Shown piece after piece: positions 30,983-43,346 of a stretch of 64,000 nucleotides of DNA. The stretch is from Methanocaldococcus sp. 16A (GTDB lineage: Archaea; AGJL01; Methanococci; Methanococcales; Methanocaldococcaceae), in assembly GCA_049860595.1 (NCBI GenBank), contig CP187551.1; one strand, written 5' to 3'. The notes under the pieces are model-generated. The model saw only the letters and a list, made by a program, of their open reading frames with translations. It had not been told where the DNA came from and ran no database searches. Position 1 is the stretch's first letter; every line of letters begins with the position of its first letter. The translations under genes and the position numbers were made by a program.

Positions 30983-31052
30983 TATTCCACCAATTTATAT
31001 GATTGTATCTTAATTTATTTAATTTTCAATCGTGTTAATGTCATATTTATTT

Positions 31053-32195
31053 TCATACTCCTAAAACATCAAAATATATATTCTCTACTTTTTTAACTAA
31101 CTTCTTCCAGTCGTATTTTTTAGACAATTCTAAGCATTCTTTTTGTTTTTTAGAGTACAAATCTTTATCTTCTAAGAACATTTTAATTTTAGTGGTTAAA
31201 TCATTAACATTTTCAGGTTCAAATAACAACCCGCCTTTTCCATTTTCGGTAATTTCAATAGTTGGTGGAATGGCTGAATTTACATAAGGTGTTTCAGATG
31301 CAACACTCTCTATAGTTACCATTCCAAATCCTTCAACAATACTTGGTAGTGAGAAAATAGTTGAAGACTTAATATGTTTTATAACATCCTCATGTTTCTC
31401 TACAAATCCTAAAAATTCAACATTATCTTCTAAATGCAAACTTTTAACCATTTTTTCCAAGTTTTCTCTTTCTGGACCAGTACCAATAATTTTCAATTTG
31501 ATATCTGGAAAATCAGTTTTAATAATATTTACTGACTTAATCAAATCATCAATTTTTTTATATTTAACCAATCTTCCCACATAACATATGGTATTGTTTT
31601 CCTTATGGACTTTTATTTTTTGATATTCTTCTAAATTAACTCCATTATAAACTATTTCTATATTGTTTCCATCAATACCAGCACTTATTAATTTTTCCTT
31701 TGTGTATCCACTTACTGCAATAAATTTGTCCCATTTTTTTGAGAGAACATACCTCTCTAAAATTTCGCCAAATATTCCAAAAAATCCGATGTTTTTTATC
31801 CAATCCCCACCAAGCCAAACATCATGATATGTAGCTATTCTTGGAATACCTAATTTTTCTGATATCTTATACGCTACGGGATAAGTAATAAAATTATATC
31901 CATCTACGATATCAACATCTAATTTTTTTCCAATTTTTACGGCATCTTTCATAAAACTTAATCTTTCGGTAAAACTTCCACACTGGCTATATTTCCTTTG
32001 TTTTCCACATCTTATTACATTAATTCCACAAATTTCATCTTTTTGTGGTAGCCCTTCTTCCCAAGATGTTATAATATACACATTATGATTTTCTGCGAGA
32101 TTTTTTGCTATATAAAATGCTCTCGCCTCAACACCACCCTTTACATTGCATTCTTCCGATGAAGGAAAATATTCTGTAACAATTAGTATGTCCAT
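31053..32195 (-). CDS. GT4 family glycosyltransferase
   Basis: GGVEAR, YVGRLVKYK, PSIVEGFGMVTIES; likely start MDILIV at 32195. Confidence 0.92.
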   Translation of the reverse strand: MDILIVTEYFPSSEECNVKGGVEARAFYIAKNLAENHNVYIITSWEEGLPQKDEICGINVIRCGKQRKYSQCGSFTERLSFMKDAVKIGKKLDVDIVDGYNFITYPVAYKISEKLGIPRIATYHDVWLGGDWIKNIGFFGIFGEILERYVLSKKWDKFIAVSGYTKEKLISAGIDGNNIEIVYNGVNLEEYQKIKVHKENNTICYVGRLVKYKKIDDLIKSVNIIKTDFPDIKLKIIGTGPERENLEKMVKSLHLEDNVEFLGFVEKHEDVIKHIKSSTIFSLPSIVEGFGMVTIESVASETPYVNSAIPPTIEITENGKGGLLFEPENVNDLTTKIKMFLEDKDLYSKKQKECLELSKKYDWKKLVKKVENIYFDVLGV

Positions 32196-32292
32196 TTTCT
32201 CCCCACTCTTCATTAAACCATATAATATTCTACCTCTTAAGTATTCCCTAGTGTATTAAAGTGTTTAAGTCAACGTCTAACACACACGACTA

Positions 32293-32781
32293 TTACACAA
32301 AGTTCTTTTTTGGTGAATACAAAATAATCAACCCAATTAAAATTAAAGTTAAAAAAACACTTCCAAAAGTTATAGAAGTTTTCATAGGCTCATCTATATA
32401 ACATTCATCTAACACATAATAAGGATGATAAGTTTCATTTCCTTTAATGTTAATCCCTTCAACCTTTAAAACATTTTCTCCATTTTCTAAATAATCTGTT
32501 ATATCTATAATTACTTTTTTCTTATAATTTCCTGAACCATCATTAGCATCATCAATAGTATAAATTAAATTATCGTTTAGGTATATTTTTACCTTCATAT
32601 TTTCATTTATATTACCATAATGGACAAAATAAAGTTTGTACTTGTAATTTTCATCTTTATTTATTTTAAAATCTTTTTCATATAGTAAAGTGTTCTCATT
32701 TACTTTTATGTATCCAAAGTAATAGCCATAAATGCTATTCAAAAATAATAGGTGTAATAAAATCAATAAAATTTTTCTCAT
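32293..32781 (-). CDS. Hypothetical secreted protein with C-terminal TM anchor
   Basis: Signal peptide; DITDYLENGENVLKVEG beta domain; hydrophobic C-terminus. Confidence 0.7.
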   Translation of the reverse strand: MRKILLILLHLLFLNSIYGYYFGYIKVNENTLLYEKDFKINKDENYKYKLYFVHYGNINENMKVKIYLNDNLIYTIDDANDGSGNYKKKVIIDITDYLENGENVLKVEGINIKGNETYHPYYVLDECYIDEPMKTSITFGSVFLTLILIGLIILYSPKKNFV

Positions 32782-33728
32782 AACCTTCCTTTTTCTATAA
32801 GTTGATAAAATTTATCGTTATCCCAATTTCCAAAATATACATATTTTCCTTTTAAATTTAAATGATTTAATGATAACCCATATTTTAAATAAATTAGTTT
32901 TGGAACTTTTGCATAAACTGAAATATCCCCCTTATTGACAAATATAAAAAATGGTTTTAGAAAATCAACTTTTTTATATGAATAAGAAACATTAACCAAA
33001 GTTGGATAATATTTTAGTTCAATTCCTTCTCCAAACAAACTAAAGACTTTGTCCCATGTTGATTGTTTAATATAGATATATTGGCATTTAAAGTTTTTGT
33101 TATTAAATTTTAAGTTAAAGTAATTTATTTCATAGTTATCTAATTTTTTCTTAAATAAGCTAATTTTCTTTGCCAATTTCTTCTTATACTTTTTAATGTC
33201 TCTATCATCAGGTACTTCTCTATTAATTATCAATTTTTTTACTTTCTTTTTCTTACCAATTTTGTACATTCCATTTAAAGCAGAGACATACTCCTTTAAA
33301 TTCATTTCTTTAAAATAATACTCTTTTCCAAATATCAAATGAGGAATATAACCAACATATTCTTTTGGAACTATAGTTATGCATTTTTTTATGAATTCAT
33401 TTCCTAATTTTATCTTCTCTTTATAGTTTAAAGAGTTTAAACTATTTGTTGGAGATAGCCCAATACTCTTTAAAAATAAAATGCTTTCTTTCTCTTCCCT
33501 AAATACTGGAATTTCATTATAAAATAGCAAAGTTTTAAATAATGGATAATTTTTTCCATAAAATAACAAATCATCTTTCTCAATGATATTAAATTTTTTA
33601 AGGTTAATATATTTAAATTTGTCATATTCATTTAAATAAATTAATTTTAATATATAAGCGAATTCTTTCGCATCTTCATTTTTTTGCATAATTTCATCAC
33701 ATAGTTTATCAAAACTCATGAACTTCAC
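32778..33728 (-). CDS. Hypothetical protein
   Basis: 316-aa ORF overlapping the next gene by 4 nt. Confidence 0.65.
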   Translation of the reverse strand: MKFMSFDKLCDEIMQKNEDAKEFAYILKLIYLNEYDKFKYINLKKFNIIEKDDLLFYGKNYPLFKTLLFYNEIPVFREEKESILFLKSIGLSPTNSLNSLNYKEKIKLGNEFIKKCITIVPKEYVGYIPHLIFGKEYYFKEMNLKEYVSALNGMYKIGKKKKVKKLIINREVPDDRDIKKYKKKLAKKISLFKKKLDNYEINYFNLKFNNKNFKCQYIYIKQSTWDKVFSLFGEGIELKYYPTLVNVSYSYKKVDFLKPFFIFVNKGDISVYAKVPKLIYLKYGLSLNHLNLKGKYVYFGNWDNDKFYQLIEKGRL

Positions 33729-33850
33729 TTATATTTTTTATTTAAACCTAATAAAATTTTATTGATTCAATAGCATTAGGATTAGTTATTATTTATAGCA
33801 AATGATACAATTTATGTTCAATTATTTTTCTAGTAAGCATTATGTGGGAT

Positions 33851-34723
33851 TTACTCTTTTTCAGTTATATATTTAAAGATTTTATCAACATCTATTCTCT
33901 CATCCTCTTTATCAATCTTATACTTTTTGAAGTATCTTATTACATTCCAAATATCTCTTTTTAAGTAGAATTCAGCATCTGGATGATATGTAGGAATCGC
34001 TTGAGGCCAATCTATAATAACAAAATCTCCACTCTCATCTAATAAGATGTTGAATTCACTCAAATCACCATGTATATAGCCAATTTTATAAGCTTTTTTA
34101 ACCTCTTCAATAATCTTCCAGAATAAATCTCTAATTTCCTCTTTACTCATAAATTCTGATAAATCTAATCTCTTCAGCTCTTCACCAACAACTTTTCCCA
34201 TAATTATAGCATGCCTATTCCATTCTATTGGCTCAGGAACTTTAACTGTTGGAAAAAGCTCATTTAATATCTCAAATTCTTGTTGAGCTGTTAATCTTGA
34301 AACATAGAGCCAGCTTATATGATGTTTATCAGCTAAATATCCCCTATATCTTTTTCCTCTTGTAAAGCACGTCCTACCATGCTTATGGAATTTTAAAACC
34401 GCCTCTCTTCCATCTTCTAACAATACATTATAAACATCTCCCTCCTTACCAACTCCTAACTTATTACCTATAGCCTTTAAGATACCTTTTTTAACAAATG
34501 CATTTACAGCTAAGGCATCATAACCTCCCATTGATACAGCATATCCATAAACACTTCTAACAACAAATCCAAATTTATTTAATCTTTTTAATCTATATAA
34601 CACATCCTTTTCTGGCATCTTTGCTTTTCTAACAATCTCATCTAATGGCACCCACTCATGATATCTCATTGACAGTTCTATAATTTTTAATATTTTAAAA
34701 TCTTCATCTTGTGCCTGTTTCAA
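33851..34723 (-). CDS. rio2: RIO2-type Ser/Thr kinase
   Basis: N-terminal wHTH, GVGKEGDVY, IHGDLSEFNI, IIDWPQ; start uncertain. Confidence 0.9.
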   Translation of the reverse strand: MKQAQDEDFKILKIIELSMRYHEWVPLDEIVRKAKMPEKDVLYRLKRLNKFGFVVRSVYGYAVSMGGYDALAVNAFVKKGILKAIGNKLGVGKEGDVYNVLLEDGREAVLKFHKHGRTCFTRGKRYRGYLADKHHISWLYVSRLTAQQEFEILNELFPTVKVPEPIEWNRHAIIMGKVVGEELKRLDLSEFMSKEEIRDLFWKIIEEVKKAYKIGYIHGDLSEFNILLDESGDFVIIDWPQAIPTYHPDAEFYLKRDIWNVIRYFKKYKIDKEDERIDVDKIFKYITEKE

Positions 34724-34799
34724 TGCTTCAATTAGTTTTTTAATTATGATTATCCCCTCCTTTTATGTTAATTTAGTATTTATATATAACAATAATAAT

Positions 34800-35897
34800 T
34801 CAAGATAAAACTCTTTTTATAGCATTCCAAACTAAGAAAGATTGAGGTTTTAGAGTATCTTCTATTGGATTTAAAAATAAAATATTTCTTTTAATTAGAA
34901 ACTCTCTAATTTTTTTAGGTATTTTATCACACTCAATTATATAACTTTCCTTAAATAGAGACAATGCCTTAACTACTTCATTATATAATCCTTTGTCATC
35001 CTCTTTAACTTCTTCTAAAAAGTATTTCAATTTTGAAGTTTCTATTTTTAACATTTCATTTAGAATTTTATTTAATTTTTTATACCTCATTTTGTCAATA
35101 ATTTTATAAATTGATACTGGTTTCCCACCGACGTAAGCGTAAATTAATTCTTTTTCTTCATTAGAGAGACTTTTATTTAATATCTCATTAGCTAAAAAGT
35201 CCATAAAACTAAAGGCTGTTTCTTTATTAAAATCATCTACTAATATATAATCTGCCCTCTCTTCTAATTCCCCAGCGTTATAAACATATTCAATAAATAA
35301 ACTATCAGAGCTTATACAAAAAACATGACATAGATGTTGAACTTTAGTTAATGCTACTAAGAATTGGAATAGACTCCATAACAATAATCTATTACCGTTT
35401 AATGTAATTTCTTTAATCATTTGGAGTTCATCAAAAATTAATATAGGTTTTTTACCTTTTTCATTTAATTTAGCAAATAAGTATTCAATATATTGATAAA
35501 CGTCTCCTGATTTATCCTTCTTATTAAATATCTTATCAAAAAATGATTTAGGAATCTTTATCGGCATGCCTAAATAATACTTACTAATATCTTCCGAACC
35601 TTTAGCTAACATCTCTGCCAAACTTTTTGCATACTCTCTAAAATCATCTATCTTCGATTTCTCATCCACTTCAAATAAACATTCAATAAAGTTATCAACA
35701 TTTACTATATTTCTCGTCCTAAAATCAATAAAAAATGGGATATGTTTGGATTTATCTAATCTATTTGTTACTATCTCTCTTATCAATGTCGATTTTCCAC
35801 TGTTTATAGGACCAAAAATAAAATAAATAAAATTAGGCTCCCCCTCTATAATGGACAAAATTTCTTTTATCTCTTTTTCTCTGTTAAAAAATTTCAT
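34800..35897 (-). CDS. MJ-type archaeal ATPase paralog 3
   Basis: [27 protein letters not shown]. Confidence 0.88.
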   Translation of the reverse strand: MKFFNREKEIKEILSIIEGEPNFIYFIFGPINSGKSTLIREIVTNRLDKSKHIPFFIDFRTRNIVNVDNFIECLFEVDEKSKIDDFREYAKSLAEMLAKGSEDISKYYLGMPIKIPKSFFDKIFNKKDKSGDVYQYIEYLFAKLNEKGKKPILIFDELQMIKEITLNGNRLLLWSLFQFLVALTKVQHLCHVFCISSDSLFIEYVYNAGELEERADYILVDDFNKETAFSFMDFLANEILNKSLSNEEKELIYAYVGGKPVSIYKIIDKMRYKKLNKILNEMLKIETSKLKYFLEEVKEDDKGLYNEVVKALSLFKESYIIECDKIPKKIREFLIKRNILFLNPIEDTLKPQSFLVWNAIKRVLS

Positions 35898-35945
35898 TTT
35901 ATTCACCAAAGGTATTTATGTTTAATTTTTAATTTTAATTAAATC

Positions 35946-37379
35946 TTATGTTTTTTCTCTAATTAAACTCTCAATGGTTTTAACATTAGCCATACCCTTT
36001 CTCTCTGTCTCTTCCCATTCATTTTCTGGAATTGAATCAGCTACAATTCCTGCTCCTACTTGAATATAGCCTTTATTTTTTGAGATTACAAAGGTTCTGA
36101 TGGTTATTGCTAAGTCCATTAAATCATCCCATCCGAAATAGCCTACTCCTCCTCCATAAGGCCCTCTATATGTTTTTTCAAGTTCTTCAATAATCTCCAT
36201 AGCCCTAACTTTTGGAGCTCCACTCAAAGTTCCCGCTGGGAAAGTAGCTTTTACAGCTAAGAAAGAGTCATAATTATCTTTTAACTCTCCAACAACATTA
36301 CTTACAATATGCTGAACATGAGAATATTTCTCTATTACCATGAAATCAGTTACTTTGACAGTTCCAAATTTTGATATCTTTCCAATATCATTTCTTGCTA
36401 AATCTACAAGCATAACATGCTCAGCTCTCTCTTTCTCATCATTTAGTAGCTTTTTCTCTAATTCTTTGTCTTCCTCTTCTGTTCTACCCCTCTTAATTGT
36501 CCCAGCTATAGGTCTTGTTATAACTAATCTTTTTCCATCTTTATAATCTGTTCTTACCAAAATCTCTGGAGAGGAGCCAATAATCTTTCTATCACCAAAA
36601 TCTAAGTAATACATATATGGAGAGGGATTAATCTCTCTAACTTTTTTATATATTTCTAAATAATCTAAATTATCCAAATCTATTTCAATCCTTCTTGATA
36701 AAACTACCTGGAATATATCTCCCGCAAAAATATACTCCTTAGCTTTTTTAACGGCTTCAATAAATTCTTCCTTACTCATATTAGATTTTATTTTTAATTC
36801 ATTATTTTCTATAGTTTTTTCTTTTTTCTTCTCGTCATTATTGATTTTTGCATTCTCCACAATTTTTTCAAGGTTTTTAATTCCTTCTTCATCTTCTGCT
36901 ATTAAATTAATTACTTTCTCTTTTAAATCAAATGAAATAAAGTCTTTAACAATAAAAAACTCTGCATCTGGAAATTTTAAATCATTAATTGGCTTTGGAT
37001 TAATATTAGATAAATCAATCCAATATCTGATAATATCATAGCTTAAATACCCAACCAAACCTCCCTTAAATCTCGGTATTGGCTCAATGTTCTCTATATT
37101 TATATATTTAAGATATTCATTTCTAACATCTCTTAAGGCATCTAATGGGCAATCATATTTCCCTTCTAAATCTTTAACTTTATCTCCAAATTCTGTAAAG
37201 CTTTCAACTTTTAGCTTATTTTCTTTAAATATTACTTTTCCTTCAGCTTTTCCTAATATTGAATATCTCGCAACCTTTGGAACTCCTTCAGCTGATTCCA
37301 ACAAAAATGTATTCTCTCCTCTAATTTGCTCATAAACATCTAATGGAGAAATATCCATTTTTATTTTTTTAATTATCAT
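35946..37379 (-). CDS. trpE: Anthranilate synthase component I
   Basis: [40 protein letters not shown]; start at 37379. Confidence 0.96.
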   Translation of the reverse strand: MIIKKIKMDISPLDVYEQIRGENTFLLESAEGVPKVARYSILGKAEGKVIFKENKLKVESFTEFGDKVKDLEGKYDCPLDALRDVRNEYLKYINIENIEPIPRFKGGLVGYLSYDIIRYWIDLSNINPKPINDLKFPDAEFFIVKDFISFDLKEKVINLIAEDEEGIKNLEKIVENAKINNDEKKKEKTIENNELKIKSNMSKEEFIEAVKKAKEYIFAGDIFQVVLSRRIEIDLDNLDYLEIYKKVREINPSPYMYYLDFGDRKIIGSSPEILVRTDYKDGKRLVITRPIAGTIKRGRTEEEDKELEKKLLNDEKERAEHVMLVDLARNDIGKISKFGTVKVTDFMVIEKYSHVQHIVSNVVGELKDNYDSFLAVKATFPAGTLSGAPKVRAMEIIEELEKTYRGPYGGGVGYFGWDDLMDLAITIRTFVISKNKGYIQVGAGIVADSIPENEWEETERKGMANVKTIESLIREKT

Positions 37380-37387
37380 TAAATCAC

Positions 37388-38404
37388 CTATTTTTCTAAA
37401 ATTTCTTTTATGGCATACCATTTTTTTATTGATGTCGGCTTAATTATCCCATTAATAACATCATAAAACAAAATCTCATTCTCAATTAAAAATTTTATAT
37501 ATTTCGTTTCCTCTTTTTTTACATCTGTTTTATAGTTAATTTTTATTTTATCCTTAAACTTAGAAAGAACACTATAAATCTCTTCTTCATTTAAATCGGA
37601 AGTATCTATTAAATATTTTATCTTATCCGCATCTATATTAATCCACTGATTTATTGTTTCTTCAACTGACAAGCCCAATTTTTTGTTTTCGATTAAATCA
37701 ACTATTTCATAAGGTAATGATATAAATTTTGATGCATATTTTGTTTCATCCTCACTAAAGCCTTCTTCTTTTAAAATCTTCTTAATATTTTTTTTATTTA
37801 GCCAGTCAATTAAATAATATTTTGCAGCATTTTCTAATGTAGAATTCCTATAAATCTCTTCAATAAATAAAGTATCAGAAGTTAGGCAGATAACATGACA
37901 TAAATGCCTAACTTTTGTTAAATGAACAAATAAATTGAATAGCTCATTTAGTAGGGACTTTCCTCCATTAAAATAGATATTTTTCAACTTCTGCAATTCA
38001 TCAATTATTAAAACAGGTTTTTTACTCTCTTTTATAACTGCTTCAATACTTTCATAGATTTTGTCAAAAACATCATTTAAAGATAAATTATTAAAGTCAA
38101 AATTCTCTTCTATACCAAACTTAAATATTTTTAAGTCAATTTCAAATTTATTTAAAAGATATTTCTTATCTCCTTTTTCAAAAAATATTTTTAAAAACTC
38201 TTCCTTTGTAGGAGTGGCATACCTTCTTAAGTCATAATAGAAAAATACTATATCATCCTTTTTGTTTAGTTCTTCTATAACTTTGAGCATTACTCTAGTT
38301 TTACCTGATGATTTTGGTCCATAAACGAATAATATGGAGTTCGGCTCTAATTGACAGTAGGTTTTTAGATAGTTGAGTTCTTTTTCTCTATCGAAAAATC
38401 TCAT
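37388..38404 (-). CDS. MJ-type archaeal ATPase paralog 4 (different subfamily)
   Basis: [27 protein letters not shown]. Confidence 0.88.
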   Translation of the reverse strand: MRFFDREKELNYLKTYCQLEPNSILFVYGPKSSGKTRVMLKVIEELNKKDDIVFFYYDLRRYATPTKEEFLKIFFEKGDKKYLLNKFEIDLKIFKFGIEENFDFNNLSLNDVFDKIYESIEAVIKESKKPVLIIDELQKLKNIYFNGGKSLLNELFNLFVHLTKVRHLCHVICLTSDTLFIEEIYRNSTLENAAKYYLIDWLNKKNIKKILKEEGFSEDETKYASKFISLPYEIVDLIENKKLGLSVEETINQWINIDADKIKYLIDTSDLNEEEIYSVLSKFKDKIKINYKTDVKKEETKYIKFLIENEILFYDVINGIIKPTSIKKWYAIKEILEK

Positions 38405-38440
38405 AGTTTCACCTATATAGTAGGAAATATTAAACAAATT

Positions 38441-38477
38441 GGGGTGTATCCCAATAGAGGGGCAAAGCCCCTCTATG
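38441..38477. repeat. GC-rich hairpin element
   Basis: Perfect 10-bp stem ATAGAGGGGC-AAA-GCCCCTCTAT (38454-38476), preceded by GGGGTGTATCCCA. Confidence 0.7.
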
Positions 38478-38529
38478 ATTAGTAGAATTCCATTTTATCA
38501 CCAAACAGTTAAAAAATAATAAAAAAAGT

Positions 38530-40095
38530 TTATTCATCTTTTTTAGGCCATGTTATTAATTGTGGAACTTCAGGCAATTTTTTTATCTTTTTCTTTATAA
38601 TAGGATGCCAATCATCAAAATCAAACCCATATTGGGCTAAATATCCAACAACCCATCTTGTTATTCCATATCCAGTACAACCTGTCCAAACTTTTCTACC
38701 TTTGTAATCCTTAATTCTAAATCCTTCAACAAAGTGTGTTCCATGAACATTTGCTGATGTTACAGCTACTCCTTTTCTCTCATCTTTTATATATGGAAGA
38801 GCTAACCTCATCTCATACTTTGGCACGTCTGGGAATTCAATTCCTCTATCTTCTTTCTTTCTACCTTCTAAATAGAATGGATCATCTCCAACCTCAACCC
38901 AATATTCTAAATCAAGTTTTTCTGCTAATTTTTCAGCATATTTTAATGTTTTATCTCTTGTTTCTTCAACAAACTCTGGACTACCTATCCAAACACACTC
39001 AATTCTCAAGAATTCATTAACCCTATCTAAACCTCTTGCTCCTCCTCCTTCCCATCTATAAGTCCATCCACTTCTATCAAAGAACATTATTGGTTTATCA
39101 ACATCTATAACCTCCCCTTCAAAGAATTGGTAGAATGGCTCACATTGAGCTGGAGCTAATACATAGCCAGGGTCTCTAAGTAGAGTTTTTAATTTTTCAA
39201 TTGGAATCTCCTTTTTAATCATCATTTCATTTACAAACTCTTTGAAAAGCTCTGGTTCTCTTTTAGGTGGGCATACATAATACATTCCTTCTGGCAAACC
39301 CTCTAAATATCTCATCTTATACATAATTTCCAATGGAATGAGTTTTGGGAATAAACATTCTTCAAATCCTATTTTTTTAACGACTTCTTCAACTATCAAC
39401 TCCTCTAAAGCTCTAAACAATGCGGTTATTGGTGGAGCATAGAACCACTGCCCTCTTCCAGGGAATTTTTTAACCCATCCTAATTTTTCAGCAACATCTG
39501 TTGGGTCCTTGTCAAATGTTATCTTCCTTCTAGCTTTATATTCACTAACTATTGTCCCTGGTGGAATCTTACAAACTTTAAATGTCAAATCCTCTTCTTC
39601 TTTCTCTAACTCTGTTTTTACAAACTTTATTGCTCTATCAATAATATTTCTCTTTAATTCACTCTCTCCAATGTCTTTAAATGTTAATATAATTTTATTC
39701 CCTTCAACTTTTGCTTCGCACTCTGGAACTTTAATGCCCTCTAATTTTTTAGCTTTATCATCTTCTGTTTCAATTGTTATTACATAATTATCTATTTCAA
39801 TTCCTCTAACTCCAATTCTAAAGTTTCTTCCTAATTTTTCAGCTAACGGCTTTCTTAATCTAATTAATCCTTCATGAGCTCTTGTATAAGTTCCAGATAC
39901 AATTTTTAATTTTAATGTATTTCCTTCAAACTCATAGCTTATTATTTTTGAAGCCTCATTTTCTTTACCCTTTGGAACTCCTTTTAAAAATATTTGGTCA
40001 GCATTTTTTAAAATCTCTTCTACTGCTTTTTTAGCATCCTCACTTAACTCCTTGCTAAATATTATCTTCCCATCTAAGTCAAATGTAAGTTTCAT
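38530..40095 (-). CDS. serS: Serine--tRNA ligase, methanogenic type
   Basis: Extended N-terminal domain, [23 protein letters not shown]. Confidence 0.96.
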   Translation of the reverse strand: MKLTFDLDGKIIFSKELSEDAKKAVEEILKNADQIFLKGVPKGKENEASKIISYEFEGNTLKLKIVSGTYTRAHEGLIRLRKPLAEKLGRNFRIGVRGIEIDNYVITIETEDDKAKKLEGIKVPECEAKVEGNKIILTFKDIGESELKRNIIDRAIKFVKTELEKEEEDLTFKVCKIPPGTIVSEYKARRKITFDKDPTDVAEKLGWVKKFPGRGQWFYAPPITALFRALEELIVEEVVKKIGFEECLFPKLIPLEIMYKMRYLEGLPEGMYYVCPPKREPELFKEFVNEMMIKKEIPIEKLKTLLRDPGYVLAPAQCEPFYQFFEGEVIDVDKPIMFFDRSGWTYRWEGGGARGLDRVNEFLRIECVWIGSPEFVEETRDKTLKYAEKLAEKLDLEYWVEVGDDPFYLEGRKKEDRGIEFPDVPKYEMRLALPYIKDERKGVAVTSANVHGTHFVEGFRIKDYKGRKVWTGCTGYGITRWVVGYLAQYGFDFDDWHPIIKKKIKKLPEVPQLITWPKKDE

Positions 40096-40195
40096 TATGT
40101 ATCACCAATAACATTTTATTGTTTTTATCTCCTATAGTTTTTAAAAAGGTAAGATAAATTTTTGAAATATAGGTTATAAAGCATTAAGTTTCTTA

Positions 40196-40295
40196 TAATA
40201 GGACTTTCGCAGGAATAAATTTTTTAATTAAATATAGACACCTAAAGGTGTCAATGTTCTAAATTTAATTATATTAAACTGCAAAAGTCCTATTA
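40196..40295. repeat. MJRE-like repeat, inverted orientation
   Basis: TAATAGGACTTTCGCAGGAATAAA ... TAAACTGCAAAAGTCCTATTA; central GACACC-TAAA-GGTGTC. Confidence 0.9.
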
Positions 40296-40325
40296 TTATT
40301 CATTAATGATATATATAGAAAAGTC

Positions 40326-41282
40326 CTACTTAGATTCTTTTAGAATATTTCCCTCAACGATATAAAACATTATCGCCCCAAACAAAACAACTGAGAAATA
40401 TGATATTAAACGATATAAAATAAGAACAGCAAAGGCATTATTTTCATCTATACTTTTCAGTTTTAATATATAAATTAACGCATACTCTACAATTCCCAAT
40501 CCTGATGGTGTTATAGGAATTGCAGTTAATAAAGAAGACGCTAAATCAGAAAATACTCCAAATAATATTTCTAAATTTAGATTTAATGCTAAAAATATAA
40601 AATAAATAGTTAGACCCTCAATAAACCATCCAATAAATGATAAAGTTATTAATAAGGGAAAAGTATTTAGTTTTACAGCTTTTAAACCTTTCTCAAAGTT
40701 AATCAATATTGCCTCTAATTTTTTATTTTTTAAATTTATCTTACTATTAACCACTAAAAAACCAAAAATTAGAAAAATCAAAAATAAAATTATAATAACT
40801 CCCCATTTTATTGAATAAAGAATTTCCTTTGGAATATCTGATTTAAATGATAAGTAAGCAGAGATAAATAATAAACTAATCATCGCTACCAAGTCAAAAA
40901 CTCTTTCAATAAAAACAGTCCCAAATCCCAATGATATTGACTTATTAGTTTTCTTTTTTAATAAGTATCCTCTATAAATATCCCCTAACTTAGCAGGAAC
41001 TAATGAATTCACAAACATTGAAAGATAATACACTATAAAAGCATCTTTTAACTTTAAAATAATATTCACATTTTTTAAGAAAATTCTCCAACGATAGCTT
41101 CTAATTAATATTGAAATATAGAACATTGCTATTGCAAAAAAATAATAAATAATTTTTGTATGTTTTAAAATTAATATTAATTTATCCAAATCTATCTTTG
41201 AAAAGATATATAGAACTATTCCCAAAGATATTATAAAAGAAAGTATCGTTCTTTTATTTAAAATCTGACTTTTTAAATCCAT
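40326..41282 (-). CDS. UPF0104 / lysylphosphatidylglycerol-synthase-TM flippase-like protein
   Basis: RSYRW, LVPAKLGDIYR, ERVFD, PITPSGLGIVE, LYRLISY. Confidence 0.88.
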   Translation of the reverse strand: MDLKSQILNKRTILSFIISLGIVLYIFSKIDLDKLILILKHTKIIYYFFAIAMFYISILIRSYRWRIFLKNVNIILKLKDAFIVYYLSMFVNSLVPAKLGDIYRGYLLKKKTNKSISLGFGTVFIERVFDLVAMISLLFISAYLSFKSDIPKEILYSIKWGVIIILFLIFLIFGFLVVNSKINLKNKKLEAILINFEKGLKAVKLNTFPLLITLSFIGWFIEGLTIYFIFLALNLNLEILFGVFSDLASSLLTAIPITPSGLGIVEYALIYILKLKSIDENNAFAVLILYRLISYFSVVLFGAIMFYIVEGNILKESK

Positions 41283-41283
41283 A

Positions 41284-42477
41284 TTATCCCACTAAAAAAT
41301 ACAATATCGTTGGAAATATTAAGACGTTCATCATATTTGATAGCTTTGATTGACTTTTTAATGCTAAAAGCCCTATACAAATTGATGTTAAATATACAAT
41401 AATATGATAACTTAAATATGTGTTATAGCTTCCAATAACTATAATAAAGGAACAAAACACTATAAAAAATAGAGATAGATATTTAAAATTAACTTTTCTA
41501 ATATAAATAAGGATGTATTTGGATAAATTTATTAGAATAATTAATGCAATTGTAGAAGAAATTAGAATTGAAAATATTTCTATATTTAGATTAATATTTG
41601 CATGCAAATGTTGTATCGCTCTTGCAACTCCACTTCTACCAATTCCTATAAAAATTATAGAGAGTAAAGAAAAAACTTCATTAGACAAAATAATACTTCC
41701 CTGAGAAATAATAAAGTTTTTCAAATCCTTTTCACTTAAAATTTTACTCAAAATATAGTTTAATTGAGCTCCACTCACACCTGGCAAAAATATTCTAAAA
41801 AATCCTACAATAGAAGCAAAAAAAGACGATTTTAAAAACTTTATATCAAAATCAGGGAACGTTATGATCTGACTTTTTATTTTGTAGGTTCTTAAATTAT
41901 TTATAAGTAAAGGAATCCCAAACATTCCAGTAAATATTGCTGTTAATGTTATATTATAAGCATCACTGCAATATAAAACAGCTATTCCAAAAATTCCTGA
42001 TAAAAATATAACCAAAATTTCCCAGATTGATTTTGATGTTAAAATTTGATATAGAACAAAAGTAATTAAAATAAAAGGAATGAATGATTTTGCTGAATGA
42101 TAAAAAGAGTCAATATCAACATTCAAGATGAAAATTAAAAATAAAGTAATAATTATTGAAAAAATAACTCCTAAATAGCTTCCGAATCCTGCTAATACAA
42201 TTGCTTCAAAACCATTTCCATTTAAAGTTAATCTATGCATTGGTAAAACAGATGTTGCAGTTTCATCATCAGGCACACCTAAAAAAGCTGAAGGAATAAA
42301 ATTTATAAAATAATGGGTTATAACTAAACCAATTAAAAATGGAACGTAATTATCTATTCCAAAATATGGCAAAATTAAAAATGACAAAGCAACTATGTTA
42401 TTTGGATGAATACCTGGAAATAAACCAGTTATAGTACCACATATTATACCTAAAATTAAATATGGAAGATTTAGCAT
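41284..42477 (-). CDS. TctA-like membrane protein
   Basis: TGLFPGIHPN, FIPSAFLGVPD, VLPMH. Confidence 0.75.
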   Translation of the reverse strand: MLNLPYLILGIICGTITGLFPGIHPNNIVALSFLILPYFGIDNYVPFLIGLVITHYFINFIPSAFLGVPDDETATSVLPMHRLTLNGNGFEAIVLAGFGSYLGVIFSIIITLFLIFILNVDIDSFYHSAKSFIPFILITFVLYQILTSKSIWEILVIFLSGIFGIAVLYCSDAYNITLTAIFTGMFGIPLLINNLRTYKIKSQIITFPDFDIKFLKSSFFASIVGFFRIFLPGVSGAQLNYILSKILSEKDLKNFIISQGSIILSNEVFSLLSIIFIGIGRSGVARAIQHLHANINLNIEIFSILISSTIALIILINLSKYILIYIRKVNFKYLSLFFIVFCSFIIVIGSYNTYLSYHIIVYLTSICIGLLALKSQSKLSNMMNVLIFPTILYFLVG

Positions 42478-42509
42478 TATAATTCACCAAGTATTGTTAG
42501 GTGAATGTT

Positions 42510-43340
42510 ATGGAAATAATACTATTTACATTAATTTATTGATAATTTATTAAATCCTTTAGATAGCGAGGAAAAATTAATAACAACTTAGTAGATATTG
42601 GTCATATCCTTCTGGTTTTCATTCTTTAATATATTTTTTATCTTATTCTAAAGATGTTAAAAAATTCCTAATTCTACATAGATAGTATTATTTGTGTTAG
42701 CACATTATTACGTAGGGGAAAGTTTAAAGAAAGGTCTAGGTTTATATACTGCATTATTTGTTTCATTAAATTATGAATTTTATAGAATAATTTTAAGAGC
42801 CATATATCCAAATACTTTAGGATATTATATATTTTTAATATTAATTGCTTCTTTAATGAAATTTAGGGCTAATAAAAATACTACTTATTTATATTTATTT
42901 AGTTTTGGAGTATTCTCTAATCTTTACTCATTCTTTTCTATTTTTAATGTTAGTGTTATTTCTTATTTCATTAATTTTGTGGGAACTTATTTATAAAAAA
43001 CTTATGAAAATATAGTTTTTTTTAATTTCTGTGAAGTCATCAATGGTTATTATATATACAAAGCTATTGAAAGATATAATCATTACTCTCACTATGAATA
43101 ATATCCACAAAAGTTATGTAGTTTATAAACTGTTAGTATGTATAACACTATTAGGTGCTTTATGTACGAAATCTTTTGTATGTTTAGTATATTATCAAAA
43201 TCCAATTATTTGTATTCAATTATATTTATTACTAAATAATAAAAAAATCACATGTGAATTATAAATTCTTTAAAAATACTTCGTATTTTGAAAAAATATA
43301 CTGAAAAAATAATATAACTATTTAAAAATAATAAAGTAAA
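42510..43340 (+). pseudogene. Decayed polytopic membrane protein gene (possibly GT-C-like)
   Basis: GGTGA then ATG 42510, followed by hydrophobic fragments in several frames (42694-42996 with YPNTLG; 43031-43264). Confidence 0.55.
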
Positions 43341-43346
43341 ATCCTA

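Noticed and set aside
32240-32292. GTCTAACACACACGAC at the island edge as an IS end
   Set aside because: It does not match the TIR at 9702/10081 in either orientation, and no partner repeat was found.
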